DNA from: a virus | Lineage: Duplodnaviria > Caudoviricetes | DNA: 64,000 nt | Reading direction: 5' to 3' (one strand) | IMG/VR virus record: IMGVR_UViG_3300042294_002093 | Coordinates: 1-64,000 of that record | Shown here: positions 53,789 to 64,000 of the stretch, one piece after another | Position numbering within the stretch: position 1 is the first letter of the stretch | Layout: every line of letters starts with the position of its first letter | Notes under the pieces: model-generated | Told to the model about the DNA's origin: nothing | Seen by the model: only the letters and a program-made list of their open reading frames with translations | The model's database searches: none | Program-made: the position numbers and the translations under genes

Positions 53789-54316
53789 TTACTTAGCCAT
53801 ATTTCTTTGATCATATCCAAACTTATTTATCATTTCAACAGATGGCATCCAGGTATGAGAGTTTTCTTCTACTCCATGACCTTCTACAATTCTATTAAAC
53901 ATATTAAATGCTGCACAAACAACGATTGCTTCTTTTAACTGATCTTCAGAAAATCCAGCATTCAGAACTGCTTCAACATGTGTGCTATTTATGCTTGATG
54001 GTGAAGTAGTTAAAACTTTTACATAATCTAAAATAGTTTTTAATTTATTTTCTTCATAATTTCCGTCAATGGCATCTTCTAACGCTTTTTCGTCTGCACC
54101 AATTGAAATTGCAAAAGCCTTATGTGATCCTGTACAAAACTTACAAGAGTTTAGTGATGATGTGAATGCTGCAATAAACTCTCTATCCTTTGGATCTAAA
54201 AACCCAGGCTCTCTTAGTATTTCTTGAGCAAAAGAAAGTAATGGCATAAACTTGTTTGGCTGTTGCATAAATACATCTGCTATAGTTTGTCCGCTTGGAA
54301 CTGATTGTAGTAACAT
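53789..54316 (-). CDS. AhpD/CMD-family peroxidase-related protein
   Basis: REFIAA..S.LNSCKFCTGSH, AFNMFNR. Confidence 0.8.
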   Translation of the reverse strand: MLLQSVPSGQTIADVFMQQPNKFMPLLSFAQEILREPGFLDPKDREFIAAFTSSLNSCKFCTGSHKAFAISIGADEKALEDAIDGNYEENKLKTILDYVKVLTTSPSSINSTHVEAVLNAGFSEDQLKEAIVVCAAFNMFNRIVEGHGVEENSHTWMPSVEMINKFGYDQRNMAK

Positions 54317-55264
54317 TTATTTTCCTATCATTAGTTGGATTGAATCTGAAAAGTTTGAATTTAATTTAGTAATTTCGGAATCGTCCATATCACCAATATC
54401 TTTATACTTGCTATCCAGATTTATTACAGAAACTCTTGAGCCAAGTTTTTCAATAATCTTTGTCTTCATATTTCCACCTGCTTCATCGTTGTCTGCAATA
54501 ACTATTATATCATTAAAACATTTTTGAAGCAATTCTATCTGAGTGTTTGAAACATTAGATCCAAGAGTGGCAACTGAGGACAGTCCACACTGATCAAGTC
54601 TAATAGCATCAAAGGATGACTCAACCACATATACTCTGCTAGATGACTTAACCCTATTTAGATTAAAGAGTGTTTTTGATTTTGGTAATCCTGGAGTATT
54701 CTTAAATTCTTTTCCGTCAACAGATCTTCCAACAAATCCAATTGGCATTCCATCTGGACTGTGAACTGGAACAGTTACCATATCTTGTTTTTCTGAATAA
54801 CCAAGAGAGAATTTAGACCAAGAAATATTTGTTATTTTTCTGTAATTAAAATAATCTTTTGCCCTGTCTGAAGATAGCAAATTGTTATGAAGCCTTTTTA
54901 AAATTAATTCATCAAATAGGGTGAACTCTGGTTTTTGATAAAGAGCCTTATTTATATCTTGCTCTAGGTTTCCTTCTTGCTCTTTGCTTTTGATAAATCT
55001 AATTGACTCAAAATATGTTCGTCCAGAAACATGCATTACAAACTCAACAAGACTAGCAACGTGATGGCAAGAAAAACAAAAAAATGTTCCGTTATACTTA
55101 TCAATTTCACCAGCAGGTGTGCGATTATTATTATGAAATGGACAAAAAATTATGTAGTCAGAATCTATTTCTGATTCAACTGTGATACCTGAGCCTGTGA
55201 CGACTCTTTTAATTTGTTCTTTAGTGTATAAATTGCTTTGCTTCCGTCTATTCCATTTATCCAT
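54317..55264 (-). CDS. dnaG: DNA primase (CHC2 zinc finger plus Toprim)
   Basis: CPFH...CFSC, VVESSFD, DNDEAG, KD. Confidence 0.85.
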   Translation of the reverse strand: MDKWNRRKQSNLYTKEQIKRVVTGSGITVESEIDSDYIIFCPFHNNNRTPAGEIDKYNGTFFCFSCHHVASLVEFVMHVSGRTYFESIRFIKSKEQEGNLEQDINKALYQKPEFTLFDELILKRLHNNLLSSDRAKDYFNYRKITNISWSKFSLGYSEKQDMVTVPVHSPDGMPIGFVGRSVDGKEFKNTPGLPKSKTLFNLNRVKSSSRVYVVESSFDAIRLDQCGLSSVATLGSNVSNTQIELLQKCFNDIIVIADNDEAGGNMKTKIIEKLGSRVSVINLDSKYKDIGDMDDSEITKLNSNFSDSIQLMIGK

Positions 55265-55509
55265 TCGCTTTGCTTTCTCCCTGTACGTATCCCATATATT
55301 GTTATTTCAAATTCAAAATATTTCTTTTTTTCATTATAGTCTATTGTAAAATCTATGTCAATATCAAGTCTAGGGACATATCCAGATAAACGCATTTCAG
55401 ACTCAATAAGTCTGGTGTATTCGTTTTTAAGTCGGCCAATTGCTGACTCATCGTAGATTACTCCACTTAAATTGAACCTTTTTATAGGTTTGTGATGATA
55501 GTTCGCCAT
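55165..55509 (-). CDS. hypothetical protein
   Basis: ORF track; leaderless TATAAT-N7-ATG. Confidence 0.6.
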   Translation of the reverse strand: MANYHHKPIKRFNLSGVIYDESAIGRLKNEYTRLIESEMRLSGYVPRLDIDIDFTIDYNEKKKYFEFEITIYGIRTGRKQSEWINGIDGSKAIYTLKNKLKESSQAQVSQLNQK

Positions 55510-55523
55510 GTAACATATTATAC

Positions 55524-56744
55524 CTACTTATCTTCAAAATCTTTATATCTGTAATATCCCTTGTCAAAATCAACCTGTACAAGAAAGTCTCCCATAAATC
55601 CATTACGATTCTTTCTAAAGGCACACTCAATAACATCGCTATTTTGTGCACGACCAAGTGCAATTACCCAGTCAGCATCATATGCAATCTGTCTTGACCA
55701 AGAAGTTTGTCCTAGAGTAGGGACGCTTGTTAAATCATTTGCATCATCTGGTGTAGCAGAAGAGATAGCAATAATAGGAACTTCTTCACCAATAGCCATT
55801 AGTTTAAGTTCTCTTGAAAGGTTTTTCATTCGTACCGTTTCATTTTCTGATTTTTGATTTGGAGACATTAACTGAAGATAGTCAACAATAACAAAGTCTG
55901 GCTTATACTGGTCAATCTTTCCACGAAGAACTGATGGATTAATTTCTCCACCTTGATCATTTGAGATAATGTGAAACTCTGGCTTACCCTGTAGATGTTT
56001 AGCATGCCAAGCCTTAAGAGTGTCTAACTCTACATTTCCGTTACTTAATTTTCTGTGGGACCAAAGACCCTCACCCATAATAGTAAATACACGATTACGA
56101 ACTTCTGTTTCTGACATTTCAAGTGAAATTATAAGAGGCGTCTTACCCTGTTTCCAGGCCTGTACAGCAAAGTAAAGAGCAAGCCAAGACTTTCCAATAC
56201 CTGGATATGCAAGGAAGACTCCTAACTGTCCTGGCATAATTCCTGAAGGAAGATAGTTGTCAAATCCTGGTAGTCCAGTTTTAATACCAACATGGCCTGC
56301 AGCCTGTTGTACTTTAAGATTTTCAAAATAAGCAACTGCAGATTCTAGATCTGTTACATCAATGTCACGAATTGCAGACGTGTTCTTTTTTAATTCTGAT
56401 GTTTGTGTAATTAGGTTATCTAATGCCTTGTTACCTTCGCCCTGCTGAACATCTCCAGCAGCAGATCTTAAAATATCTTTTAGGCTGTCAGTTAAATATT
56501 CTGTTTGCAATTCTTCAAGATGATGTTTTGTTGCTCCAACACCTTCTATTGGTTGGAAGTCTCTAAATTTATCTACAACAAGATTGGTTGGTGGAACAGA
56601 ACTGTTGTGCTCAAAATAATTTCTTATAAACTCCCAAACATCATTGTGAGTTCTAAGAAGGTTATCGATGTTTGCCTGAAGAAGTACATGCACCTGCTTA
56701 TCATTTAGGACTGCTGAAATTACTTTTGCTTCTGCATTATTCAC
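55524..56744 (-). CDS. dnaB: DnaB-like replicative helicase
   Basis: AYPGIGKS, SLEM, VDYLQL, YDAD, KNR. Confidence 0.9.
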   Translation of the reverse strand: MNNAEAKVISAVLNDKQVHVLLQANIDNLLRTHNDVWEFIRNYFEHNSSVPPTNLVVDKFRDFQPIEGVGATKHHLEELQTEYLTDSLKDILRSAAGDVQQGEGNKALDNLITQTSELKKNTSAIRDIDVTDLESAVAYFENLKVQQAAGHVGIKTGLPGFDNYLPSGIMPGQLGVFLAYPGIGKSWLALYFAVQAWKQGKTPLIISLEMSETEVRNRVFTIMGEGLWSHRKLSNGNVELDTLKAWHAKHLQGKPEFHIISNDQGGEINPSVLRGKIDQYKPDFVIVDYLQLMSPNQKSENETVRMKNLSRELKLMAIGEEVPIIAISSATPDDANDLTSVPTLGQTSWSRQIAYDADWVIALGRAQNSDVIECAFRKNRNGFMGDFLVQVDFDKGYYRYKDFEDK

Positions 56745-57045
56745 TTAGCCACTCCTTTGCCATTCTTCTTCTTTCTGCTCTTTCTTTATTATCCTGATCT
56801 TTATCTAATTTTGCTTGTAATATTTTTTCCGCATTGTAAGCAAAGTAACTCCAAGAAGGAGACAAAGAAACGTTAAAGTAATACTCAAGAATATCATAGC
56901 ACTGTCCTATTCCATATGACTCAATAAGAGCATCTGAAGCCCATTGTTCTACATTTAAATTTAATGATGGCTTTTTTTCATACTTTGCAGTATGATGCTT
57001 GCTGTATCTTGAAAGCAAAGCCATTCGGTCTTTGCGTTCGGCCAT
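56737..57045 (-). CDS. hypothetical protein (helicase-associated position)
   Basis: ORF track; overlaps the dnaB start. Confidence 0.7.
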   Translation of the reverse strand: MAERKDRMALLSRYSKHHTAKYEKKPSLNLNVEQWASDALIESYGIGQCYDILEYYFNVSLSPSWSYFAYNAEKILQAKLDKDQDNKERAERRRMAKEWLSE

Positions 57046-57251
57046 TATTCGTTAATCTCAGCCTTTGCTTCGTTAATTTTTTCAGTTAGTCTGTTTTCAA
57101 CAAACTGATAGACACGATCAAATGCTTGGTTTATATTTTCTCCATTTTTACGTGAATCAACAATTCCAAGATCAATTCTTAGTGATTGAAAGTTGCCAAG
57201 ATTAAGTGTGTATCCCAATGTAACAGATACCTTTGTGTCTTCGTTTTCCAT
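57045..57251 (-). CDS. hypothetical protein
   Basis: TLNLGNFQSLRID. Confidence 0.7.
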   Translation of the reverse strand: MENEDTKVSVTLGYTLNLGNFQSLRIDLGIVDSRKNGENINQAFDRVYQFVENRLTEKINEAKAEINE

Positions 57252-57264
57252 TTCATACCCTTCG

Positions 57265-57807
57265 TTAAATAGACTCATTCCACACTGGAATAAACCTTCC
57301 ATCTTCAGTTCTTCTATATGTAAGTATACCGTCTCCCATCCTGCGTGTCAACTCTTGCTGTGATGGTGTAATGTCGTTTGTTATTAAATTATCTTTTCTT
57401 GGTCTACCAATATGGTATGAAGCAAGTATATCACGAATCTCTTTTACTTGTGATTCTGAGTAATATGACCTAACTCGAAATCCTCTTGCTCCACCCTTTT
57501 GTGATCCAGTTGGAAAAGGAATGACTCCTCGTTTCATTAATGATGGCATATATTTTTTATGACGATTAACTAAATCAGCAGTCTGGCCAACGGTGTATGC
57601 TCTTTCTCTTTTATTTTTAAAATCACTAACTAAACAACTTTCAATTCTATCTTGTGTAATGTTATAAACAGACATTATCCCATTGGATCTATTTATATGA
57701 TAAATTCTAACAAGATCTTTGTTGAGAAACCAAACCTTTTTATTCCCCTGTATTATAGGGGACTCATTGTAGCCTTCGCTCTCAATACTTCCTTTTTTAG
57801 TAGCCAT
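57265..57807 (-). CDS. MerR-like HTH DNA-binding protein
   Basis: YTVGQTADLVNRH...RSYYSE..V. Confidence 0.6.
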   Translation of the reverse strand: MATKKGSIESEGYNESPIIQGNKKVWFLNKDLVRIYHINRSNGIMSVYNITQDRIESCLVSDFKNKRERAYTVGQTADLVNRHKKYMPSLMKRGVIPFPTGSQKGGARGFRVRSYYSESQVKEIRDILASYHIGRPRKDNLITNDITPSQQELTRRMGDGILTYRRTEDGRFIPVWNESI

Positions 57808-57944
57808 TGTCCCTCTGCCGTTGCTGTAGGTGGATGAAAAAATCTTCGTGATCCGCAGTATATGCAATGAATTTCCAAATGATCAATTTTACTGTACTGT
57901 CTGTCTATGAACATTTTCCGTGTACATTTTATACATTTTATCAT
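57753..57944 (-). CDS. zinc-ribbon microprotein
   Basis: CIKC...CIYCG. Confidence 0.6.
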   Translation of the reverse strand: MIKCIKCTRKMFIDRQYSKIDHLEIHCIYCGSRRFFHPPTATAEGQWLLKKEVLRAKATMSPL

Positions 57945-57946
57945 TC

Positions 57947-58390
57947 TTAATTTGGAATTCCAATTATAATAAGATTAACATCAACAGACATATCTCCAGT
58001 TGTTCCGAATCTAACAATTCCCTCAACTTTAGATGTTGTAACGGTTTTTAAAACTACTGAAACATTTTTACCAGCATCTGTGCCACCGATATTAATTGGT
58101 GTTGCAGTAGCAATTGGTGCATATTTAAAATCAGTTGGAAAATCATAAGAAAACGCAACTTCTGTTCCAGCATTTCGTGTAGAACTGTTTACAACGCTCA
58201 CATATCCACCAATAATTCTAGCCTCAGAAGCCTTTACACTTTGTTTTCCAACCCCTGGTGTGTCTACTGTTACATACTTGTATACTGCTGGAGATATTTG
58301 TGAAGATAAATCATTTATTGCTGTAGCCAACTGATAGATATAGGAAACATCTAGTGGTTGGCCTCGCTCTGGTAGTGGTAGTTTTGCCAT
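57947..58390 (-). CDS. putative virion/tail protein
   Basis: PERGQP; beta-rich; position after tail-type genes. Confidence 0.55.
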   Translation of the reverse strand: MAKLPLPERGQPLDVSYIYQLATAINDLSSQISPAVYKYVTVDTPGVGKQSVKASEARIIGGYVSVVNSSTRNAGTEVAFSYDFPTDFKYAPIATATPINIGGTDAGKNVSVVLKTVTTSKVEGIVRFGTTGDMSVDVNLIIIGIPN

Positions 58391-58408
58391 AATATATCTA
58401 TTATACCA

Positions 58409-58849
58409 TCAAACATTTTCCTGTGTTGACTCAAAAAGGGTTGAGCCTGTATATCTTTGTTTTGGAAATGTTGGTACTTGTACAGCAATCTGTACCTTAT
58501 TTGCACTAGATTTAATAACTGTAGAATAGGTTGTTGTAAAAACAGTAGAAACAAACTGCCATGGCTCATTATCCCATTTAATATAAACATCAAATTCAGA
58601 TTTTGTACCAGCCTCTGGAACCCACACTGCGGTAACTACCTCGTTTGTCGAATCTATAGCAATTCTATAATCTATAACAGTTACATCTGGAAGCGCAACG
58701 TTATACTTAATTGACCAGTGAGAACTTCTATTTTTATCTTCTGATACAACTCTAAATCTGAACGCATAGTCTTTATTTTCTCCAGATCTCTGTGGCAAAG
58801 AAGATTTTGGGATTATTACTTTTTTAATACCGTTATCTGGCAATGCCAT
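58409..58849 (-). CDS. putative virion protein (FnIII-like)
   Basis: RFRVVSEDKNRSSHWS. Confidence 0.55.
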   Translation of the reverse strand: MALPDNGIKKVIIPKSSLPQRSGENKDYAFRFRVVSEDKNRSSHWSIKYNVALPDVTVIDYRIAIDSTNEVVTAVWVPEAGTKSEFDVYIKWDNEPWQFVSTVFTTTYSTVIKSSANKVQIAVQVPTFPKQRYTGSTLFESTQENV

Positions 58850-59982
58850 TATTGAACATCCAAAGCAAACCTAAACTCAATATAGTTTGTTGTGTTTGCT
58901 AATTTAATTATAGGCTGTGCTCCTATATTTTTAATAATAGAATAACCACTCATTCCATACAATGGATTTGCAGTGCTGTTGTTTTCTAATCTAATTGCAT
59001 CAAGGCATATATAAAAATTATCTGTTACCGACCCACCATCTGTTACAGAAGCAAGAATTTTAACTACGTCAACTTGACTCCATGTAAAACCAGAACTTTT
59101 GTACAGTTCCTGTAATTGTTTTGTTGCAACTACATATCTATTTGTACTAAAGTCATGCTGACCTACTCCCGTTCCATTATTTAAGTTTACTTCAAACCTT
59201 GCCCATTCTCCAGAATTATGAATGTCTGATGACGCAAACTCAACAATAATTTTTACATTGTCTGGAACAGCGGTAGACTCTCCATTTTTATTAATTACAG
59301 TAAATGCCAATTTAATTTCATCAGTTGGAGCATTTCTGTTAAAGTCTAATTCTGCTCCAGTTAAATGAAGGTGTTCAGATCCAGCATTAATAACAAGGCG
59401 ATTATTAATATCAGTTGATATGTCTGACAAGTCTCCTCTAAGAACAACAATGTTATTAAAGAACCTACATCTTTCATATCTTAGATATCTATTTTGATTT
59501 GTAAAAATACGATTGTCAGCATTTGTTTGAAATACAGGACTTGTTGTATTTATAACGTTGTTTTGTAAATCTCCATCTAGTGGTTCGTATATAATTGGAA
59601 TAGATGTTGCTGTAGTTGTAGTATGATATTCCCAGTTCTCATCTTGAGTAAATGCATAAATTGACTTACTGTCATATGCTCCTGTAGAAGTATTTGATCC
59701 CGCAGAAAATATACCAACCTCTGTTATTTCATATCTTTCTTCTGATGGAAGTTCTGCCGTAAAAACAAGTTTTGTTATATTATCTTCAGAGACATAACCA
59801 CGAGAAATAATTGGAACACGGAACATCTCAAAATTAAGTCTTTCCTTGTTAGAATAGTCACCAAGAACGCCATCTGATGCTAATGGCTTTGCTCCGCAGC
59901 CAAGAGCAATATATGAGGCATAGGCTGGAGCCTGTCCTAGTAGGTATTTTGCTAAAATATTTTTTCCAGTATTAGTAATCAT
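58849..59982 (-). CDS. putative tail/baseplate protein
   Basis: MITNTGKNILAKYL..IALGCG..ITEVGIF pattern typical of tail-fibre/baseplate N-termini. Confidence 0.6.
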   Translation of the reverse strand: MITNTGKNILAKYLLGQAPAYASYIALGCGAKPLASDGVLGDYSNKERLNFEMFRVPIISRGYVSEDNITKLVFTAELPSEERYEITEVGIFSAGSNTSTGAYDSKSIYAFTQDENWEYHTTTTATSIPIIYEPLDGDLQNNVINTTSPVFQTNADNRIFTNQNRYLRYERCRFFNNIVVLRGDLSDISTDINNRLVINAGSEHLHLTGAELDFNRNAPTDEIKLAFTVINKNGESTAVPDNVKIIVEFASSDIHNSGEWARFEVNLNNGTGVGQHDFSTNRYVVATKQLQELYKSSGFTWSQVDVVKILASVTDGGSVTDNFYICLDAIRLENNSTANPLYGMSGYSIIKNIGAQPIIKLANTTNYIEFRFALDVQ

Positions 59983-60471
59983 TTAATTCACCTCATATAT
60001 TGTATCATTAAATATATCCCCACCACTAAGTATTTGTACTTCTACCTGTTCATCTTTTTCTAAATTAACTACATTTATTATTAAATTTCCTGTATCTGAG
60101 TCAATATATGCTGTTTCATTATTTCCACCAGTTCCAACTGTAGGTATTTTTTTGTCTAGTTGTATTGGAAATTTTTTAAAATAACTCTCTAGGGTATCCT
60201 GTAGCGAAATAATGTTTTGCGGATTGTATTGATAGTTTAATAATGTCAGGTTTTTGATTGGTTGATAAATAACATTTTGACCACTGACAATATCTGATCT
60301 TGATATATTAATAATTTCTTGCCCACCTATGTCTTCAAAAACAAGATCAGTCATTATTTCTATTGGAAGTGACTCATCTGTTATAACAAAAATATCTTTA
60401 GATGCTGCAAGAACACCGTCTGATGCAGTAGATGCATTAGGTCTTGGCAGATTTGGTGTTGCTTCAACCAT
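59983..60471 (-). CDS. putative virion protein
   Basis: ORF track; structural-module context. Confidence 0.55.
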   Translation of the reverse strand: MVEATPNLPRPNASTASDGVLAASKDIFVITDESLPIEIMTDLVFEDIGGQEIINISRSDIVSGQNVIYQPIKNLTLLNYQYNPQNIISLQDTLESYFKKFPIQLDKKIPTVGTGGNNETAYIDSDTGNLIINVVNLEKDEQVEVQILSGGDIFNDTIYEVN

Positions 60472-60472
60472 T

Positions 60473-63400
60473 TTATACCTCACTCAGATATATATTCATA
60501 TCTGGACCTTCTGAGTTTTTTGCATACTCTATATTATATACTACAAACCTACTTGAAACACCAGAAACCTGATCAACTAAGTCATTATCTTGATAGTCAA
60601 TAGTAACAATATCTCCTAGTTGTAAGGTTGGAGTTGCAAAAATTTTTAAGCCTACAGACCTTCTAGGTTTAATCACTTTATTAACAATCCATTCCATTAA
60701 ACTATTAGCATCATCCTGTGTCTGAATATAAGGGGTTTCTAATGAAAAATCTTTTTTGCCGTATGTCATTCTACTAACTTTTATATCTTTAAAGTCATTG
60801 TCGTACTTAGTTGGAGATTTAATTAAATTTGAACCTGAAATATCTGGATTTGAAAAATCACTATTTTTACTAAAATATTCATCCATAGTTAACTCGTGCT
60901 GGGATTCTTGTGTAAATGTCACACCCTGAATTCTTAAATAATTTCCAGTTGTTTCGTCAAGGCTAATGGCAGTATCTGTTGAATTAAAAATTAAAAACTC
61001 TGCTCCGTATGAACCTGCTCTAAATCCAGAAACAACATATCCCTTTATTTTATTAAATGTTGGTGAAAGTTTTGCATAAAGAGCAGGATATGCTTTATCA
61101 TATCTGATATTAAAGTATGCTGCTTCTCTCATAATACAACCAAACTCTTCAAAGTACATATTATACTCTGGTGGTTGTGATGCGCTTATTCCTGATAGAT
61201 AGGTTGACTGAACTATTCCACTCATGGCGTACTTTCTAAATGATTCATTTACATCAATTTCTTGGTCGCTAACTGCTGACATTACTGGGGTATCTAGTGC
61301 AAAAGTTGTGTTTTGACTATAGTTATTAGTTAGTGCATAAAGGTTTTCAAACATACATCTTGCAGATCCACGAACAAACATAGCCATATTATTATAGATT
61401 GGAAGTGGAGATGTATCATCTACTGTAGACACTAACCTGTTGTTTATGTATAGATAAAATCGTCTTATGTTTCCAAGGTCTTGATATTCTACTGCTAGAT
61501 CATATACTGTTGGATTTTCTTCTCCAACCATCCTTGACTGCCCCGTAAATTTTCCGTCATCAACAATAATATTTGTTAGTCCGCCCCACAACTTTACTGG
61601 AATAGCGTTTGATGTAACCGAATCTCTCATCACTTTGTAAAAAATTACATTGTCTAGATTTTCTGCAGAATTACTATAACTATTAACATTGTTTTCAGTT
61701 AGTGCTAATATTTCAAAATAGTAGCCAACGTTAGTTGATGGGTTTAACATTACTGCTAGACCGCCAGAACCTGCGCTAATATTAATATTTTGTTCTGGTG
61801 AATTACCAGTTACAACAAAGTATGTATCGCTGCCTATTGGAGTTTGGCCACGATTTTCATTATTTTCAATTTTACCAATAATTCTCATTCGTGTTCCAAA
61901 ATGTTTAAACTTATTTGTTAGTGGCTTGTGCACATAAGAAACAAAGTCAACACCACTCTGTGTTGTTGTAAAAGATGGACCATTTAATATAAAAGCAGAA
62001 GACTGAATAGTTCCACTCTGTGTTGTTTTTAATTTATTAAGATCTGTCTCTGTTCCATAATATTGTGAAAGAAAGTTTTTGATAATTCCAGTTCTAACAG
62101 ATTGTTGTGCTAATGAGTTTGAAACGCCTGCTGCCTGTGTGTCTAAGGTAAATTCTTTTATTTTAGCATCAATAGATGACTGATCTGCAAGACTAAACAA
62201 TAGTTCTGATTTCATAGTGCAACCACGAACAGAATCGTTTGATGTCCAATAAGGATCTAACCCAGCATTGTGCGATACAACTTGTGTTCCAAACTGACCC
62301 CTACCATGTTTTGCGACTGGGCCATTTTTAAGTTTTGTAATACCATTAATATTTTGATAATTTGGAACAGAATAAATTCTTACTAGGCCAGTTGGATATA
62401 TTTTACCATTATGAGTTAATTTAGAAAAATAATTTTGATATTCAAGTACGTTGTTAATCCAAACATTGCCATATCCAGTTATGCTATATTCTACTGCATC
62501 AAACTTAATAACTTCTCCATTTGAATAAAAGTATCCATTATATCTAGATAGCCAGTAAATTCCTTCTCCAAGATCCATCACGTTGTTAAGCAAAGTATTG
62601 TTTGCAACATATGGGACAGTGGTAGACAAATTTGAATTAAGAGGAATTGCTGCAAGAGTATAACTGGACTGATTGTTTGATTGATTATTAACCGATTTTG
62701 CATTTTGATCACCAGTTACCTCCCATAAAAGTACTGGCTTATAAATCCATGTTTTTTCTTGGTCTATAAGGCTTGCCTGTTTAAGCGATCCGTATGTTTT
62801 TTGTATGTACCTAGTCTTATAATTAATGCTACCGTCATTAAAAATATCATTATTTTGAGAAGAAACAGATATTATGTTTGCCAGTTTATTTTTACTTGCT
62901 TTGTTTTGTAACACTCCATCTTTGATAAAATCTTTAGATCCGTATAACTCAAAATCTGTAAGTCTTTCGTCTACAGTTGGAAGAATATAGTTTTTGCTCA
63001 TCATAACAAAATTATTGTATTCATCAAAAAACATTGCTGTTTGAGTTGATACAGCAAGTTCATTTAAAACTTCTGCGACTGTTGTATCTGGAGATATGAA
63101 AAAGTATGGAATTATTGGATCAGGCTCTCCTGGTGTTCTCTTAAAAATGTAGTTAGAAAAACCAATAGAATCAAGAATCATAGCAACTGCATAACTAAGA
63201 GATGCACTGGTTGCAAGAGTTTGTGGAGCAGTTATTGATTCAAAATAAAAAAACATATCTCTCAATTTTAAAGATACCTGTCTATTTTCATTATCAACTT
63301 CAGGGAAACCTTCTGTGTACATTGTTTTAATTGGTACAAAATAGTCATTACCATTTACATTAATAATAATTTCATAAAATTTAATTTGAATATTTTTACT

Positions 63401-64000
63401 TATATAGTTTTTTACTATGCTTGAATTATTATTAATATTAAATGCTTGATCATAATCAAACAAATTTAGCGTACCGTTTGATGCAAGTAATTGACCAACT
63501 GGAAGACCTGACAAGCCAAGATCAGATGCAGTCTTTGTAATTGAAAAGTCAACAGTTTTATCTGAAAGATCTACAACTAGTCTTGGAGATAACTCAATTA
63601 AGTCAAAAGTTGAGTCTGATTTTGTCATTGTTTCTACAACAACTCGAAGCCCTTCAATGTATTCAAATTCTCTGTAAACATTTTTACCATCAGTAGGACT
63701 TGAGTATATTATTGGTGATGTTAAATCTGTAACAAAATTTGTAAGTCTATCTACTGATTCATCTGCAACATCCCAACCATAAGTTGGTATAAAGGTTTCA
63801 TATCTATTTTCAAACCATATATGATAAACACCAAGATCTAAGTCATTTTCCTTAATTAAATATGCATAACCATTAATGCTTTTTTCTGGAAGAAAGTTAG
63901 TAGATGAATACTCTTCTGATTTTATAAAAACATCTCTATATCTGTTTGGAACTATCAATCCATAAGATAACTCTAAGTAGCCATCTTCTGAAATTAATGG
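60473..64000 (-). CDS. large minor tail / baseplate-hub-like protein, 5'-partial
   Basis: frame stays open to the window end; C-terminal PYIQT..A....P.LQLGDIV.I motif. Confidence 0.7.
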   Translation of the reverse strand, partial: PLISEDGYLELSYGLIVPNRYRDVFIKSEEYSSTNFLPEKSINGYAYLIKENDLDLGVYHIWFENRYETFIPTYGWDVADESVDRLTNFVTDLTSPIIYSSPTDGKNVYREFEYIEGLRVVVETMTKSDSTFDLIELSPRLVVDLSDKTVDFSITKTASDLGLSGLPVGQLLASNGTLNLFDYDQAFNINNNSSIVKNYISKNIQIKFYEIIINVNGNDYFVPIKTMYTEGFPEVDNENRQVSLKLRDMFFYFESITAPQTLATSASLSYAVAMILDSIGFSNYIFKRTPGEPDPIIPYFFISPDTTVAEVLNELAVSTQTAMFFDEYNNFVMMSKNYILPTVDERLTDFELYGSKDFIKDGVLQNKASKNKLANIISVSSQNNDIFNDGSINYKTRYIQKTYGSLKQASLIDQEKTWIYKPVLLWEVTGDQNAKSVNNQSNNQSSYTLAAIPLNSNLSTTVPYVANNTLLNNVMDLGEGIYWLSRYNGYFYSNGEVIKFDAVEYSITGYGNVWINNVLEYQNYFSKLTHNGKIYPTGLVRIYSVPNYQNINGITKLKNGPVAKHGRGQFGTQVVSHNAGLDPYWTSNDSVRGCTMKSELLFSLADQSSIDAKIKEFTLDTQAAGVSNSLAQQSVRTGIIKNFLSQYYGTETDLNKLKTTQSGTIQSSAFILNGPSFTTTQSGVDFVSYVHKPLTNKFKHFGTRMRIIGKIENNENRGQTPIGSDTYFVVTGNSPEQNINISAGSGGLAVMLNPSTNVGYYFEILALTENNVNSYSNSAENLDNVIFYKVMRDSVTSNAIPVKLWGGLTNIIVDDGKFTGQSRMVGEENPTVYDLAVEYQDLGNIRRFYLYINNRLVSTVDDTSPLPIYNNMAMFVRGSARCMFENLYALTNNYSQNTTFALDTPVMSAVSDQEIDVNESFRKYAMSGIVQSTYLSGISASQPPEYNMYFEEFGCIMREAAYFNIRYDKAYPALYAKLSPTFNKIKGYVVSGFRAGSYGAEFLIFNSTDTAISLDETTGNYLRIQGVTFTQESQHELTMDEYFSKNSDFSNPDISGSNLIKSPTKYDNDFKDIKVSRMTYGKKDFSLETPYIQTQDDANSLMEWIVNKVIKPRRSVGLKIFATPTLQLGDIVTIDYQDNDLVDQVSGVSSRFVVYNIEYAKNSEGPDMNIYLSEV

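Noticed and set aside
39223-56744. Inteins, introns or genetic-code reassignment in terL, recA, dnaE and dnaB
   Set aside because: The proteins have ordinary lengths, are uninterrupted in the standard code, and show no intein motifs.
17949-60514. Numerous + strand ORFs opposite the minus-strand genes (e.g. 18299, 35420, 39881, 49804)
   Set aside because: Antisense shadows of well-supported genes, with no recognisable motifs.

Overview
A 64 kb segment of a large, AT-rich, tailed dsDNA phage genome. The host is probably a freshwater actinobacterium of the acI / Ca. Nanopelagicales type, inferred from WhiB, actinobacterial promoter motifs and a secreted protein ending in the acI-like TITCVKGK...CPxGYKKK tail. 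Positions 1-17.35 kb are mostly on the + strand. They hold an early-type region of microproteins, DUF932 and GP88 (1-9.3 kb), a repeat-rich origin-like stretch (9.3-10 kb), single-gene cassettes and tRNAs. From 17.4 kb to the end all called genes are on the - strand: accessory tailoring enzymes, Hsp20, WhiB, a CHAP hydrolase, two large surface proteins, terminase, recombination genes, DnaE, SSB, primase, DnaB and virion proteins. About 12 2OG-Fe(II) oxygenase-like genes are scattered across the window. The most notable signals are non-coding. (i) Four early promoters match the actinobacterial PafBC / RecA-NDp DNA-damage motif TGTCRG-N10-TANNNT with exact spacing. (ii) Six CRP-type boxes sit roughly helically phased upstream of early promoters, and there is one DnaA-box pair. 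(iii) A covarying H-type pseudoknot motif occurs six times, and one copy ends a likely stand-alone ~115 nt ncRNA. (iv) A ROSE-like hairpin covers the hsp20 ribosome-binding site. All family assignments are by motif recognition by eye; no database searches were run.
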